From: Sarea resinae
Taxonomy: Eukaryota
Direction of reading: 5' to 3'
Assembly (NCBI GenBank): GCA_026026165.1
Contig: JAPEUD010000062.1
Coordinates: 1-64,000, forward strand
DNA: 64,000 bases
Shown here: one piece after another, positions 63,746 through 64,000 of the stretch
Position numbering within the stretch: position 1 is the first letter of the stretch
Layout of the letters: every line of letters begins with the position of its first letter
Made by a program: the position numbers and the translations under genes
The notes under the pieces: generated by a model
The model's database searches: none
What the model saw: the letters and a program-made list of their open reading frames with translations, nothing else
Told to the model about the DNA's origin: nothing

Positions 63746-64000
63746 ATGTCCACCAGCCTTCAGATGGCTACAACAGAGGAATTAGCCCACGAATGGCTCC
63801 GAGTAGATAAGGTATGTCTAGGACGCTTCCGTGGAAATATAATTGCGTACTGACATATCTCAGGATGAGACTACGAGAAAGGAGATCCAGATTTTATTGG
63901 CAGCGGGGAACACGGCTGTGCTGGAAGAGCGTCTACGAAAGAGTACACGATCCTAGAATGGCTTATGGCAATTTCACATGACTGACACCATGAAACAGGA
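63746..64000 (+). CDS. 5' end of a phosphoglucomutase/phosphopentomutase (Prm15/Pgm3-like), truncated by the window edge
   Basis: ATG 63746 (or 63764). Introns 63812-63863 and 63943-63998 give MATTEELAHEWLRVDKDETTRKEIQILLAAGNTAVLEERLRKR, which resembles the N-terminus preceding the FGTAG motif of this family; that motif itself lies outside the window. Confidence 0.65.

Overview
Gene-dense genomic DNA from a filamentous ascomycete (Pezizomycotina), judged from short GT-AG introns with CTRAY branch points and fungal-type proteins. I can support 21 protein-coding genes. In order they are INP1, usgS, fmdS, a small conserved unknown protein, VAC14, a DENND6-like protein, PEP4, a kinesin-10, HSP12, a mitochondrial carrier, RAD54, an NYN/PIN-like protein, ATM1, AIM24, a GBP2/HRB1-like RRM protein, COQ9, an MTF2-like protein, CMR1, a DIM-2-type DNA methyltransferase, a delta-8 sphingolipid desaturase and the 5' end of a PRM15/PGM3-like phosphomutase. 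No tRNA, rRNA, transposon or CRISPR array was recognised. Five observations stand out. (1) The 9-mer TACTCCGTA occurs six times, always in upstream non-coding DNA. (2) Microsatellite-saturated islands sit at convergent gene junctions and appear to spread GC-rich codons, amino-acid repeats and longer introns into the neighbouring gene ends. (3) The RAD54 start codon is split by an intron, so the unspliced message reads ATG-TGA. (4) The usgS-fmdS pair is conserved, with a GATA cluster between the genes. (5) The DIM-2 homolog has atypical residues in motifs I and VI. Gene names come from recognising motifs by eye, not from database searches, and exon boundaries were inferred manually.
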